The position numbers and the translations under genes were made by a program. From a virus (lineage: Duplodnaviria; Caudoviricetes), in the IMG/VR virus record IMGVR_UViG_3300033407_000023, positions 1 through 51,266 of that record: 51,266 nucleotides of DNA, one strand, 5' to 3'. The notes beneath the pieces are model-generated. The model ran no database searches. It was not told where the DNA came from and was given only the letters and a program-made list of their open reading frames with translations. Shown here in pieces: positions 8,001-16,661 of the stretch; the first letter of the stretch is position 1, and every line of letters starts with the position of its first letter.

Positions 8001-11000
8001 CGCGATGATTTCGATAATATCCTCCATCCGTAATAAAAATATTGCCTGTTGCATCGACAGCTACACCATATGGATGGTACATCTGGCCGTTAACGGCAGG
8101 CTCATTATCGCCGGAATAACCTGGGTTCCCATTGCCGGCAATTGTGGTGATTATGCCGTTAGTGTCAACTTTGCGGATGCGATTATTAGAAGAGTCCGCA
8201 ATAAAAATATTGCCTGTTGCATCGACAGCTACGCCAATGGGTTTGTTTAATTGGGCGTTAATGGCAGGCTCATTATCGCCGGAATAACCTGGGCTTCCAT
8301 TGCCGGCAATTGTGGTGATTATGCCGTTAGTGTCAACTTTGCGGATGCGATTATTAGAAGAGTCCGCAATAAAAATATTGCCTGTTGCATCGACAGCTAC
8401 GCCACGAGGATACTTAAATTGTGCGCTATCGGCAGGTCCGTTATCTCCGGAATATCCCGAACTCCCATCGCCGGCTACTGTGGAGATAATGCCGTTGGCA
8501 TCGACTTTGCGAATGCGTTGGTTGCTACAATCAGCGATATAGAGGTTGCCGATTGCGTCAACAGCTACTCCATAGGGGTTCAATCCGGCACTAATAGCAG
8601 GTCCGTTATCTCCAGAATAACTCAAACTCCCATTGCCGGCTACTGTAGTTATGATGCCCTTGGTGTCGACTTTGCGGATGCGATTGTTGCTATAATCAGA
8701 AATATAGAGGTCACCGGATGAATCTACTGCCACTCCATCTGGAAAAGATAGACTGGCATTAACAGCGAGGTCATTATCTCCAGCATAACCCTTACGCCCA
8801 CTGCCGGCAACAGTACGAATTCTGTCGATTGTAGTTACTATTTTACGGATGCGATGGTTATAAGAATCTGCAATAAAAAGATTGCCGGTTGGGTCAACAG
8901 CTACTCCCTTAGGGTAATCCATCCTTGCGTATGTGGCTATCCCGAGAAATCCTCCTAGATCGAAACCAGGGTACCCATCTCCGGCGACCGTTTTGATAAT
9001 CATTAAACCTCCACTTTCGATACCCGAAGCTAAGGTTCCATCCCCTCTCAGCAATAATTTTTCCCCAATCAGGTAGTGATTACTGGAAAGACTCCAGCCG
9101 TTGCCGAATTGTTTGCCTTTGAATTGTTTTCCTTCATAACCAGTGACATTCACGTCATACCGTTTCCAGGAAATAACTTCGCTACGTGCCCGTATACCTG
9201 TCACCTCCGAACCTGCCTGAGCAAAGGCCTGACCAAAATCACCACCCTGCATATAAACCGCATCATACACAAAACCTATATTTACCCGACCAATAGCCCC
9301 GCCCTCAACAGAGTTGCCGAGCTGATCCCGGCCATCCCAGATAAACTCTACGCTCTGGTTGGGTGCCGGGTCCAGAGTGTCCTCAAAGGTGTTGCCGGCA
9401 ATTTCCAGTTTGACAATTATCGATTTGAGAGAGGCGGGGACCGTATCCCCGCTGGCCACGACGGATATTACATTTTCATAGCCCTTCACCCGGTTGGAGG
9501 CATAATGCAAGGTCAGCTCGGTGCCGGGAATGGGAATATCCTCATGGAACACCCTGGTTTTGTGCTGGACGTACGAGTTGGTGGCTGAACACCCCTCAGC
9601 AGGTGGATTCTCAGGGTTCGTATCAGGGGCCGGGCCATTCGGCGGAGCCGAGTCCGGTGGTGGTCCATAGGGCCAGTTACAGTCCCAGGGGGTGAAATGT
9701 TTGACCTCGGCCCGCCAGAAGGTGGCGCCAGGCTGGAAACGAGGTGCAGCAAGACCCTGTACCTCATCGCTGAAAGATCCATTGCCATTCAGATCATTGG
9801 GCTGGCCGTCGCCGGTGGAATCAAGGGCGTCGACCAGGCCGTCGCTATCGGAATCGAGAAGACGGACCACTACGCCGTTGTCCGAGGGAATCCATTGCGC
9901 CTTATCACGATCATAGTAGCCGACCGGCACAACCTCCCCGACATTGAAGCCGAGGAAATTGTCGACCCAGAGCTGCACCGGTTTGGCAAAACGGACCCGT
10001 TCCGCGCCGTCGACCTGCAACTCGCTGCAATAGGTATAGGCTGAGTTGGGCGGCAGTTTGGCGGGCATTGACTCCGGGGTGGCATATTCGGTGGCGCGCA
10101 CCGTAACTTTGTTCAAGGTCTGGACATCTTTGCCCTGCTCGTCCAGCAGGTAGGCGGAGTTATCGCCGGTGAAGACCATGGTAGCGGCGCGGCTGCCGAA
10201 ACTGTCGGTCACTTCTGTTGCGGTATGGGTGATGACGGTGGCCGGGTTGCCGTCAAAGCCCACCACGGTTTCCACCGGATCGACCGGCAGCAGGCGAATG
10301 GTCTCGACTATCCCGTAATCGTTCCAGCCGACGTAGACTTGGCGGTGGGAGGTGATATAGCCCTCCTTTTTGAAGACGACGGTCAGGAAACCGCCGCCCT
10401 CAACCGGCAGGGTAAAGCTGCCGTCATCCCCGGTCGCTGTCGTGCCGTATTCGGAATGGCCGTGGATGGTCACCGCCACCCCCGCAAGGGGCTGGCCGGT
10501 ATTGTCCTGAACCTTGCCGGTTATCAGGGAGAACCTTTTTTCATCATAGGTTTCGATGGTGGCATCTCCCGGCATCAGATCATTGTACTGGGCACCGAAT
10601 GAGCCTTCCGGCTGGGGTTCGGGGTTGCCGGCGACCTGGACGGTTACCGTCGAACTCACGGTTCCTTCGGCACCGGTACCGGTAATGGTATAGATCGTGG
10701 TGGCAATCGGCGAGACGGCTTGCGAACCGGTCAAGGTGACGGAACCGATGCCGTTATCGATATGCACACTGGTTACTTTTTTCGAATCCCAGGAAAGCAG
10801 GGTCGAACCACCAAGGACGATACTCACCGGAGAAGCCGAAATGACAACGGTCGGCTGCGGTTCCTCCACCGCAACAACAACCCCGGCAGTGGTTGTCCCA
10901 CCTGGACCTATAGCGGTGATGGTATAGTCGGTGGTTGTAGTTGGCGTCACACTGATTGAACCGCTGCAGTCGACAGCACCGACCTCGGGCGCAATGGTAC

Positions 11001-11718
11001 AGCTGTCGGCGTTGGTGGTGTTCCAGCTCAAGGTCGAAGATTCACCGGGAGCAATGGTTGAAGGAGTGGCGTGCAAGGTCACGGCCGGGGGAGGTACGGT
11101 GACGGAAACGGTGGTTCGGGCTTCGGTCACACCACCGGGGCCGGTGGCGATCAGAGTGTATTCGGTGGTGCTTGCCGGGGTAACGGACACGCTTCCGCTC
11201 GGGGCGACGGTGCCAATACCGGGAGCGATGGAGACGCTGTCCGTATCATTGGTCGACCATTGAAGGGTGCTGCTCTCTCCGAGCAGAATGGTGGACGGTC
11301 CGGCACTGAAGGTAATTTCCGGCGGCGGCGCAGATGGTCCCTGACCAATACTCACCGACAGTGAAGCGCCTTTTCTTGCGACGAAGAAAATTCGTATTGT
11401 ATTATTTTTATTGAGTTTAATCTCTTTTTCAAAATCAGTCTCGCTTCCTCGCAGGAAAGCGTGGAGGCCGACCCTTTTTCCATTTATCAGCAGAAAGCCG
11501 GTCTGAAATTTTGTACTGCCTGCACCGGAACTCTTGGTGACGTGGAGCTGACCTTTAACCGCCGGATCGGCGCTGAAGGTATGGGAAGAATGGTGCACGC
11601 CAAACCAGCCGGCAGTAAGGTCATGAGGACCGAAGATTGTTGTCGCATAGACAGAAACAGGAAGGAAAAAAACGGCCAGCAGAGAAAACACGAAGGAAAG
11701 CAAATGTCGTTTGTTCAT
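5038..11718 (-). CDS. Secreted teneurin-like Rhs/YD-repeat protein (signal peptide, Ig/PKD-like repeats, carboxypeptidase-regulatory-like domain, FN-plug, 6 NHL repeats, YD shell, Rhs core, C-terminal tip)
   Basis: N-terminal signal peptide; three STLxW repeats; six PxGVAVDxxGNxxIAD NHL repeats; many YD repeats; core end DPVNWVDPWGL. Confidence 0.93.
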   Translation of the reverse strand: MNKRHLLSFVFSLLAVFFLPVSVYATTIFGPHDLTAGWFGVHHSSHTFSADPAVKGQLHVTKSSGAGSTKFQTGFLLINGKRVGLHAFLRGSETDFEKEIKLNKNNTIRIFFVARKGASLSVSIGQGPSAPPPEITFSAGPSTILLGESSTLQWSTNDTDSVSIAPGIGTVAPSGSVSVTPASTTEYTLIATGPGGVTEARTTVSVTVPPPAVTLHATPSTIAPGESSTLSWNTTNADSCTIAPEVGAVDCSGSISVTPTTTTDYTITAIGPGGTTTAGVVVAVEEPQPTVVISASPVSIVLGGSTLLSWDSKKVTSVHIDNGIGSVTLTGSQAVSPIATTIYTITGTGAEGTVSSTVTVQVAGNPEPQPEGSFGAQYNDLMPGDATIETYDEKRFSLITGKVQDNTGQPLAGVAVTIHGHSEYGTTATGDDGSFTLPVEGGGFLTVVFKKEGYITSHRQVYVGWNDYGIVETIRLLPVDPVETVVGFDGNPATVITHTATEVTDSFGSRAATMVFTGDNSAYLLDEQGKDVQTLNKVTVRATEYATPESMPAKLPPNSAYTYCSELQVDGAERVRFAKPVQLWVDNFLGFNVGEVVPVGYYDRDKAQWIPSDNGVVVRLLDSDSDGLVDALDSTGDGQPNDLNGNGSFSDEVQGLAAPRFQPGATFWRAEVKHFTPWDCNWPYGPPPDSAPPNGPAPDTNPENPPAEGCSATNSYVQHKTRVFHEDIPIPGTELTLHYASNRVKGYENVISVVASGDTVPASLKSIIVKLEIAGNTFEDTLDPAPNQSVEFIWDGRDQLGNSVEGGAIGRVNIGFVYDAVYMQGGDFGQAFAQAGSEVTGIRARSEVISWKRYDVNVTGYEGKQFKGKQFGNGWSLSSNHYLIGEKLLLRGDGTLASGIESGGLMIIKTVAGDGYPGFDLGGFLGIATYARMDYPKGVAVDPTGNLFIADSYNHRIRKIVTTIDRIRTVAGSGRKGYAGDNDLAVNASLSFPDGVAVDSSGDLYISDYSNNRIRKVDTKGIITTVAGNGSLSYSGDNGPAISAGLNPYGVAVDAIGNLYIADCSNQRIRKVDANGIISTVAGDGSSGYSGDNGPADSAQFKYPRGVAVDATGNIFIADSSNNRIRKVDTNGIITTIAGNGSPGYSGDNEPAINAQLNKPIGVAVDATGNIFIADSSNNRIRKVDTNGIITTIAGNGNPGYSGDNEPAVNGQMYHPYGVAVDATGNIFITDGGYYRNHRVRKVSVNPFARKLGLGEFDRYVSDNDTAYIFSAAGRHLRTVDSNTGNTLTTFNHDDNNRLITITDRFNNNIAINRDAAGNPTAIISPYGHRTDLAVDSEGNLTDIDFEDGTGYSFGYTSDGLMTSMTNPRGLTSTHTFDDAGRVISTEDPEHGIWTLDKVLFTDGAVQSSITSSENNTISHLDTIEPGGVYKSVTTNPSGDTSTFTRKNQNLDDSKQQCGMSTDIRYTLDKKSKRKTPQTVSISSPAGLTSRLDLDKTYVENAVGLTQTSTATSILNGKTSTSITNYQTGTATSTSPAGRTATSTFDLGTLLVSDMEFGGLQSSHFAYDNHGRLSAATTGTRNISYGYDSRGNLASATDPLGRTTSYNYDLLDRPTRIDRPDSSTVRFQYDASGNLTVLTTPVPAENHFDYNGVNRVSGFTTPLGSVTSYAYDRERKLTAIKLPSGKTITNTYTHGRLTGTTTVEWSTSYTYSCGDLPASISRGSEQLNYTYDGKLLTSIDQSGSVSGNIGFSYNNDFNPTAMSYGGMTANFGYDNDGLLTAAGRFTITRNAASGLPEQVSDGNMQINRSFNGYGEIDAVENSSGFSYNLTRNDSGRITAKSEQIEGTSSQFAYSYDNIGRLLTVSKDGALVEEYRYDDNGNRTYEMNELLAITGRTFTHSIEDHTLTAGPINYEFDYDDNLRVRTEGAETTQYLYSSTGELQRVTLPDDTLIEYINDPLGRRIAKKVNGAIEERYLWLDQTTLLAVYDGSGNLRQRFEYADDRVPYAMTQGGTTYYLYYDQVGSLRLITDNVGNSIKRVDYDSFGNIISDSNPSFAIPFGFAGGLHDPDTKLVRFGYRDYMPEIGKWTAKDPILFAGGDSNLYGYVGNDPVNWVDPWGLNPGAAAAAWGTFGKTVAGAATVAASPVIGIITTAASIVFGMPTEIGQEPDINDPMFMAKYKKPENPNRRKGAEDRGKCGEREKNVGHKDGEEHSRVPKGPRGPTRTR
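8032..8400 (-). repeat. Near-identical 168-bp tandem repeats encoding NHL blades
   Basis: AATAAAAATATTGCCTGTTGCATCGACAGCTAC recurs at 8032, 8200 and 8368. Confidence 0.85.
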
Positions 11719-11967
11719 GCCTAATACTCAACAGGATAATGTGATGGATAGATATCGGGAAAAGAAATCCTGAAGTACTATGCGGAATTAATTTACACGA
11801 CATAAAAATAATCTCTATATACTCTATGTTAAAGCAGGAGGCGTTTTCAAGAATTATTTTTCAAGTGTAATAACAGTGAATTTCAGCCGAGCGGTGGGCA
11901 TGCCTGAATCTCAATGGGGGCGGGAGAAGATGATTTTTTAACAGTTTCGATAATAACTTCCAGGGGC

Positions 11968-11995
11968 TGTCATTCCGGCTTTCGCCGGAATGACA
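11968..11995. repeat. REP-like palindrome
   Basis: TGTCATTCCGGC-TTTC-GCCGGAATGACA, 12-bp perfect stem. Confidence 0.7.
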
Positions 11996-12034
11996 AAAAT
12001 GACCCCTTACTCCCCTTACCGGTGCAGCAAGTGG

Positions 12035-12760
12035 TTAAATCTTGGTTTTATTGATATTTAAAGCAAAACTAGCATCTTGAAAAAGTCCAATTTCATTCAT
12101 TCGCATGGAGTGCATAAATAAGAGACCTGTATTTTTAAGTGTAGCACTTGAAATCTCACCAAAAACATTCTTTGATATGCCTATCCACCACTGGACTCCA
12201 CCGTAGATTACTCCATATGCTCTACCACCATTATATCGGCTCGATACATATCTGCTTACTGCATGCACAACCTCATTTGTTTCGTGATGAACGGCAAAAT
12301 AACCATAGATAGGAAATTCGTGTTCAGGACCAGGATCTCTGGAGAGTAACATTTTTCTGATTTTATCTTCATATGGCCCGAGATTAACCTCTGAAAAGGT
12401 TGGCAAACTACTTACACTAGCTCTAAAAAGATTGCATAAGTGAAAGAGCTTAAAAGAGGAATATTCGGTCTGGATTTTTCTTATTTCTTTAGGATTTTCC
12501 CAAACGCTAGGCAAAATTCCACTTTCGAACCAAGATACCCGAAAAGGGACCTCGTAGTTCAAATTTAATAAAGACTCACAGTCAGCACAGAGCAAAGGCT
12601 CTCTTAAGCCTTTCTGTTCTTTTTTATAACCTTTGTTTCCAGTGCCAGTAACCCCAATCATTTTGTGATTCGAGTTGTAAATTTTATTGTATAAAAATTC
12701 AGTAATTATGTGAGAATCAGACAACTTCTTCTCGTTTTGGCACAATTTACATGTTTTCAT
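12035..12760 (-). CDS. HNH-like Zn-binding endonuclease-family protein (gene-cassette-like)
   Basis: CKLC...SHII...LLCADCE motifs; AT-rich; stop codon lies within ATTTAAC (RYYYAAC). Confidence 0.6.
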   Translation of the reverse strand: MKTCKLCQNEKKLSDSHIITEFLYNKIYNSNHKMIGVTGTGNKGYKKEQKGLREPLLCADCESLLNLNYEVPFRVSWFESGILPSVWENPKEIRKIQTEYSSFKLFHLCNLFRASVSSLPTFSEVNLGPYEDKIRKMLLSRDPGPEHEFPIYGYFAVHHETNEVVHAVSRYVSSRYNGGRAYGVIYGGVQWWIGISKNVFGEISSATLKNTGLLFMHSMRMNEIGLFQDASFALNINKTKI

Positions 12761-12764
12761 ATAG

Positions 12765-12862
12765 ATTTAATGGCTGAGTCGACGGCCCTTTTTGCTTTGA
12801 TAATGGATGCGGAGCATTCGATTATCGAAGTGAAATGGGCTGTCGAAGGTTTGGTTTACGTA
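12765..12862 (-). mobile_element. Degenerate attC-like imperfect hairpin upstream of the HNH-like gene
   Basis: TCGACAGCCC/GGGCCGTCGA, GATAAT/ATTATC and ATGC/GCAT nested stems ending in aTTAAAT (GTTRRRY-like) 4 nt before the ATG. Confidence 0.5.
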
Positions 12863-13087
12863 GCTCAGCGAAGCACAGACCGGACGTTTGACTCCTGCAA
12901 CTAAGCCATTTGCGCAGCGGAGCTGCACAAGTCATTGATTAACAATCTCTTTGCCTTGATAGCATGATAATTCTCATATAATCGGGCAACTCTCTTGGCA
13001 TTAGATTATTTGTTGTTTTTGGTAGCATTGCTACTGTGTAGTATGAATCATTTCGAGTGGATACGTGCTGATAGTGGTATATTTTTT

Positions 13088-13615
13088 TTAAGACTCAGCC
13101 GATAAGTTATCCAATCCTTTATTTTTATCATTCTCCCTCTTTTTTTTTTCTTCTTCCCAAGAACGATAATTGGGATGGCTTTTATAAAGTTCGTTTAGAA
13201 AGGTGGTAACGCCCTCCTGATCCTCCCCGTAGTTTTCTGCAATATAGTCAAAAAAATCATCGAAAAAGACACTGCCGCATTGCTGTTTGAAGCGGAGTCG
13301 GTTGAGTTGAGCCAGGGTGTTGTCCTGGTCCTTTGTTGCTTTTTTTGCTTGGAAGGATGTTTTTATTTCTGCCGTTGCTGTTTTTGATGGGGGGAAAGGA
13401 TCACCTGCTCCTCGTACCAGCCAATCAAAATTACATCCAAAAAAATCAGAAAGCTTTTTTAGGGTTTTACGCTGTGGGGCCTTAGTCACTCCACGGAGCC
13501 AATCACTAACTCTTGATTCACCCGTTTGGATTTCTTTTGCGAAAGCGGCTTGGCTGATTTTTTTGTTATCTATAAGCCACTGTAATCTGTCTTTAAATTC
13601 GACTAAACTTGCCAT
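13088..13615 (-). CDS. XRE-family phage repressor (CI-like), no S24 peptidase domain
   Basis: N-terminal HTH (ISQAAFAKEI...RVSDWLRG...WLVRG); divergent from the early operon; ATG at 13615 preferred over TTG at 13654. Confidence 0.85.
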   Translation of the reverse strand: MASLVEFKDRLQWLIDNKKISQAAFAKEIQTGESRVSDWLRGVTKAPQRKTLKKLSDFFGCNFDWLVRGAGDPFPPSKTATAEIKTSFQAKKATKDQDNTLAQLNRLRFKQQCGSVFFDDFFDYIAENYGEDQEGVTTFLNELYKSHPNYRSWEEEKKKRENDKNKGLDNLSAES

Positions 13616-13679
13616 ACGTTCACATAATGCGTTTTTTGTACTTGCTAAACGCACCCGAAAAAGCTAATATCTTGCCATA
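13608..13679 (+). promoter_or_regulatory. Rightward lytic promoter and candidate operators
   Basis: TTGCTA (13642-47)-17 nt-TAATAT (13665-70); CTTGCCATA at 13608 and 13671 and CTTGCTAA at 13641. Confidence 0.55.
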
Positions 13680-13939
13680 GAGCACAAAAAAAGGCGGAAG
13701 AAGGCTCGATCCTTGGCAAATGAAACGCTGAATCGATAGTTCAGCAAGCTACAGAGGTAAATGGACATTCCTTATCGGAGCCGTTTACGATCTCGTTTGA
13801 GTGCTGCTTCCTTTTTTCCCATCCAGCCTGCTCCTCTATTGCCGTAGAGGTGCCAAGGAAGGGGATCTCAAAAGTTTGGTCAAAGTATGGCCCTCCTTCC
13901 TGCGAGATGCTCTTTATTGAGAAATATTTTTTGTGCTCT
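13679..13939 (+). ncRNA. Candidate large structured leader RNA of the early operon
   Basis: 13-bp perfect closing stem AGAGCACAAAAAA/TTTTTTGTGCTCT; internal TCCTTGGCA/TGCCAAGGA, GCTGAA/TTCAGC, GTAAATGG/CCGTTTAC and CCTCTA/TAGAGG stems. Confidence 0.55.
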
Positions 13940-13986
13940 TCTTCTGTCCCATAAAAAAAAGAGGGACCTAAACAAACTGAGAAAAC

Positions 13987-14310
13987 ATGACTGAGACAAA
14001 CAGACCAGCAGCCTCCGGCAACATCTTTGTAATGAGGACATCAGATCGCCGACAACACAACAAGGTCGTCAACCTGACAGACCCCAATGATATCGTTGCC
14101 GCCATGAAGAAAAAAGGCGGCAAGGGCGGAGTAACCCTCTGTGCTCATGAAACAGGATATAAGCTGCCATATATCTCGCAGCATATCCATCAGGTGCGAG
14201 AATGCCGGGACGTTCTCCAGGCAATGGCAGACTGGCTGGGTTGCGGAATATATGGGGTTCTGCCTGACGAACCGGCAGAACCCGAAACGGGCGAGAAAGA
14301 GGAAAGGTAA
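13987..14310 (+). CDS. Cro/Ner-like DNA-binding protein
   Basis: First gene divergent from the repressor; HTH-like VTLCAHETGYKLPYISQHI; start uncertain. Confidence 0.55.
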   Translation: MTETNRPAASGNIFVMRTSDRRQHNKVVNLTDPNDIVAAMKKKGGKGGVTLCAHETGYKLPYISQHIHQVRECRDVLQAMADWLGCGIYGVLPDEPAEPETGEKEER

Positions 14311-14454
14311 GGTTCCCGCTCTCTGGCCGCTCGGGTAATGATAGCTGGCACTATCTGCACCTTACCAGAGGGCGGGGATGTTTTGCAACACTGTGTGATA
14401 GCGAACGAATAATATTCATTATCGCATTATTAAACTAACCAACGGAATCCGTAT

Positions 14455-14922
14455 ATGACAAAGGAAAATCCAGGGTTGCAGACTTGGCAGATTTGGCAGG
14501 TTGCAAGGAAATATTTGGGCGTCAAGACTCTCTGCCGCCTTTACGGGGTGAAGGCCAGGACCATTTACGATTACGCGCAGAATCCATCAAGCACTGAACA
14601 GAGAACCCAAAAGGACCCTCTGCAGCGGCTTCATTATCTTTTGACGCAGCTGGATGATCTTGGCTTTGGTCAGTACGCCCGGGCGGCGATTGTGTATTTG
14701 CAAACCGCACTTGAGGATGGTGGGCATCATGGGCCGGTGATAGAGCCCATGGATTCGATCAATGAAGAAATTCTCCTTGATTATAAGCTGGTGGCGAAGC
14801 TGCAGGAAGCCATTGATAACGGTGAGCCGGTTGAGTACGTGGCTCGATTAAAGCAGGAAGTGGTTGAAGAGGTTGAGCGAACCTACCTGCGGTACCTGAA
14901 AGATAACGAGGTTACGGCATGA
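14455..14922 (+). CDS. Phage regulatory protein, CII-like
   Basis: Position after cro; HTH-like RLYGVKARTIYDYA followed by DPLQRL. Confidence 0.5.
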   Translation: MTKENPGLQTWQIWQVARKYLGVKTLCRLYGVKARTIYDYAQNPSSTEQRTQKDPLQRLHYLLTQLDDLGFGQYARAAIVYLQTALEDGGHHGPVIEPMDSINEEILLDYKLVAKLQEAIDNGEPVEYVARLKQEVVEEVERTYLRYLKDNEVTA

Positions 14923-15152
14923 ATGAAGCAAAGCTGCGGGAAATAATGCGGGAAGAGCTGCTGGCTTATATGCCTCAGACAGCCCCGATTCTTTATGTTC
15001 CGGAAGAGGCGGCAAAACTGCTGAAGGTTACGGTCGGCACGTTGGCTGTGTGGCGAACGAACGGCAAAGGACCCAAGTACACAAAGGCCGGCGGCATTAA
15101 GTATGAGTTGCGAGATATCAACGAGTTTTTGAGGATACGCAGCGTATCATGA
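14919..15152 (+). CDS. Excisionase-like HTH protein
   Basis: EEAAKLLKVTVGTLAVWRTNGKGPKY pattern; ATGA overlap with the upstream gene. Confidence 0.8.
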   Translation: MNEAKLREIMREELLAYMPQTAPILYVPEEAAKLLKVTVGTLAVWRTNGKGPKYTKAGGIKYELRDINEFLRIRSVS

Positions 15153-15426
15153 TTCGCATAAGACAGAAAACAGTTTTTCGAACCATCAATCGCTGGTGGG
15201 ACTATTGGAAAACCGACTACGGCTAGGGCGAGCGCAGTCATTTTCCTTGGCGGGGGGGTACATGGTTGCGCTGATATAAATTATGCAAGACCCAGCATGA
15301 TAAAGAGAATTGGAAGTTGGATTTGAAAACGGGTGTATCAAACTGTGAGGATGTCGTCTTCTCTTTGTCATTGCTGGGTTGTAGCTGGAAAAAACGTTCC
15401 CTGTAAACGGAGATCAGGAGGCGCAT

Positions 15427-15585
15427 ATGAGAAAAGATGAAGATGAATGCGATGTGCAGCCGAAGGTGATCGGACTGGGTGAGCAACTTATATATGGGCT
15501 TCTGCTCTCGCCGCTGATGCTTTGGTTGAGCTGGTTATTTTTTAGGCAGCTGGCCGAATATGGCTGGCAGAGGCTTGGTTCTTAA
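15427..15585 (+). CDS. Small membrane protein (52 aa; not in the ORF track)
   Basis: AGGAGG Shine-Dalgarno; MRKDEDECDVQPKVIGLGEQLIYGLLLSPLMLWLSWLFFRQLAEYGWQRLGS with one hydrophobic segment. Confidence 0.6.
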   Translation: MRKDEDECDVQPKVIGLGEQLIYGLLLSPLMLWLSWLFFRQLAEYGWQRLGS

Positions 15586-15614
15586 AGATAATTTTTTTTA
15601 AAAGGATAAAAACA

Positions 15615-15833
15615 ATGGCAATACAGCAAAAAAAAACGAGCAATTGTCGGGAAGGACAAATGCTCGTAACAACAAAATCCCAGGCTAAAGAGATTTCATA
15701 TTCCACCAATGTAGTAATTCTTTTTCCTTCTTGCAAGATTTTCGCTGAGGTTATCCGCCGTCAGCGGATGTTTTTGTATCACACCCCTGTTCCTGTTTCT
15801 TTTCCTCCTCAAAAGCTGCTGCCGGCCGCCTGA
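15615..15833 (+). CDS. Hypothetical phage protein
   Basis: AAGGA Shine-Dalgarno and ATG; same orientation as the operon. Confidence 0.4.
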   Translation: MAIQQKKTSNCREGQMLVTTKSQAKEISYSTNVVILFPSCKIFAEVIRRQRMFLYHTPVPVSFPPQKLLPAA

Positions 15834-15943
15834 AAGTAATCTTGGGATGGGCGGGTTTGGTTTTAACAACCGGTTTGTTTATCTGAACACTGCTCGTTTG
15901 GCTTGAGAGTAGTGTTTCAGGGGCGGGTATTCAAAATTTATGG

Positions 15944-16642
15944 ATGGAGTGGGCGATGAAAGAGCTTAACGAGTTTGTGAACAAGATAATGGCGGATATG
16001 ACCGCAAACGGCAGGGTGGAGGAGATCATTAAAAAGAACGTGGAAAACGCGGTCGAGAGTTCTTTTAAAAAACTCTTCGAGAGTTATGGCACCTTTGGCA
16101 AACAGATTGAGGCTGGCCTGGAAGAGGCGATTAAGATCGATTTCAGCCAGGTAAGTTTGCAGGAATATAACCTGATGGTTGTAGATATGGTCAAGGGTGT
16201 GGCGCAGAAGCATATGAAAAACGCGGCTGAATCCTATCTGGTTAATGAGCTCGAAAAGGTGCTCTCTCCGGCTCCTAAAGAGATAACCGTTCAGGGAATT
16301 CTTGATCTGTATCTGCAAGAATGGCGTGATGAGTACAGCGGGGATGAGCAAAGGGCAACTGTCGAGATAGAAGATTCATCGGTTACAGGGGCAAAAACTC
16401 TGAAGATGTGGAAGGGAGAAAAGAAACAATCCTATGCTTCCAGAGAAAAAGACCCTGAATTGGATCTCTACATTCGCAATAATGGCACTGTCGGCATAAT
16501 CAGAAATGGCAGAGACAATCTTGGTACCTGCAATTTCGGGCCGGAGGCCAAAGTCTACCAGATGTATGCCGCCGGCACCGTAGTGACGGATATTGCGGAT
16601 TGTGATGTCGATGACCTGGAAACCTGGATTTTTGATAATTGA
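15944..16642 (+). CDS. Hypothetical phage protein
   Basis: 232-aa ORF with typical coding composition in the early operon. Confidence 0.8.
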   Translation: MEWAMKELNEFVNKIMADMTANGRVEEIIKKNVENAVESSFKKLFESYGTFGKQIEAGLEEAIKIDFSQVSLQEYNLMVVDMVKGVAQKHMKNAAESYLVNELEKVLSPAPKEITVQGILDLYLQEWRDEYSGDEQRATVEIEDSSVTGAKTLKMWKGEKKQSYASREKDPELDLYIRNNGTVGIIRNGRDNLGTCNFGPEAKVYQMYAAGTVVTDIADCDVDDLETWIFDN

Positions 16643-16661
16643 TACCTGGGGGATTGGGATT

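Noticed and set aside
5023-11724. Many 60-170-aa ORFs on the + strand opposite the Rhs gene
   Set aside because: Antisense shadows of a GC-rich repetitive gene; no Shine-Dalgarno sequences or motifs
11968-11995. Hairpin as a terminator
   Set aside because: Its sequence is REP-like (GTCATTCCGGC...GCCGGAATGAC), so it is recorded as a repeat; a terminator role for the HNH-like gene cannot be excluded
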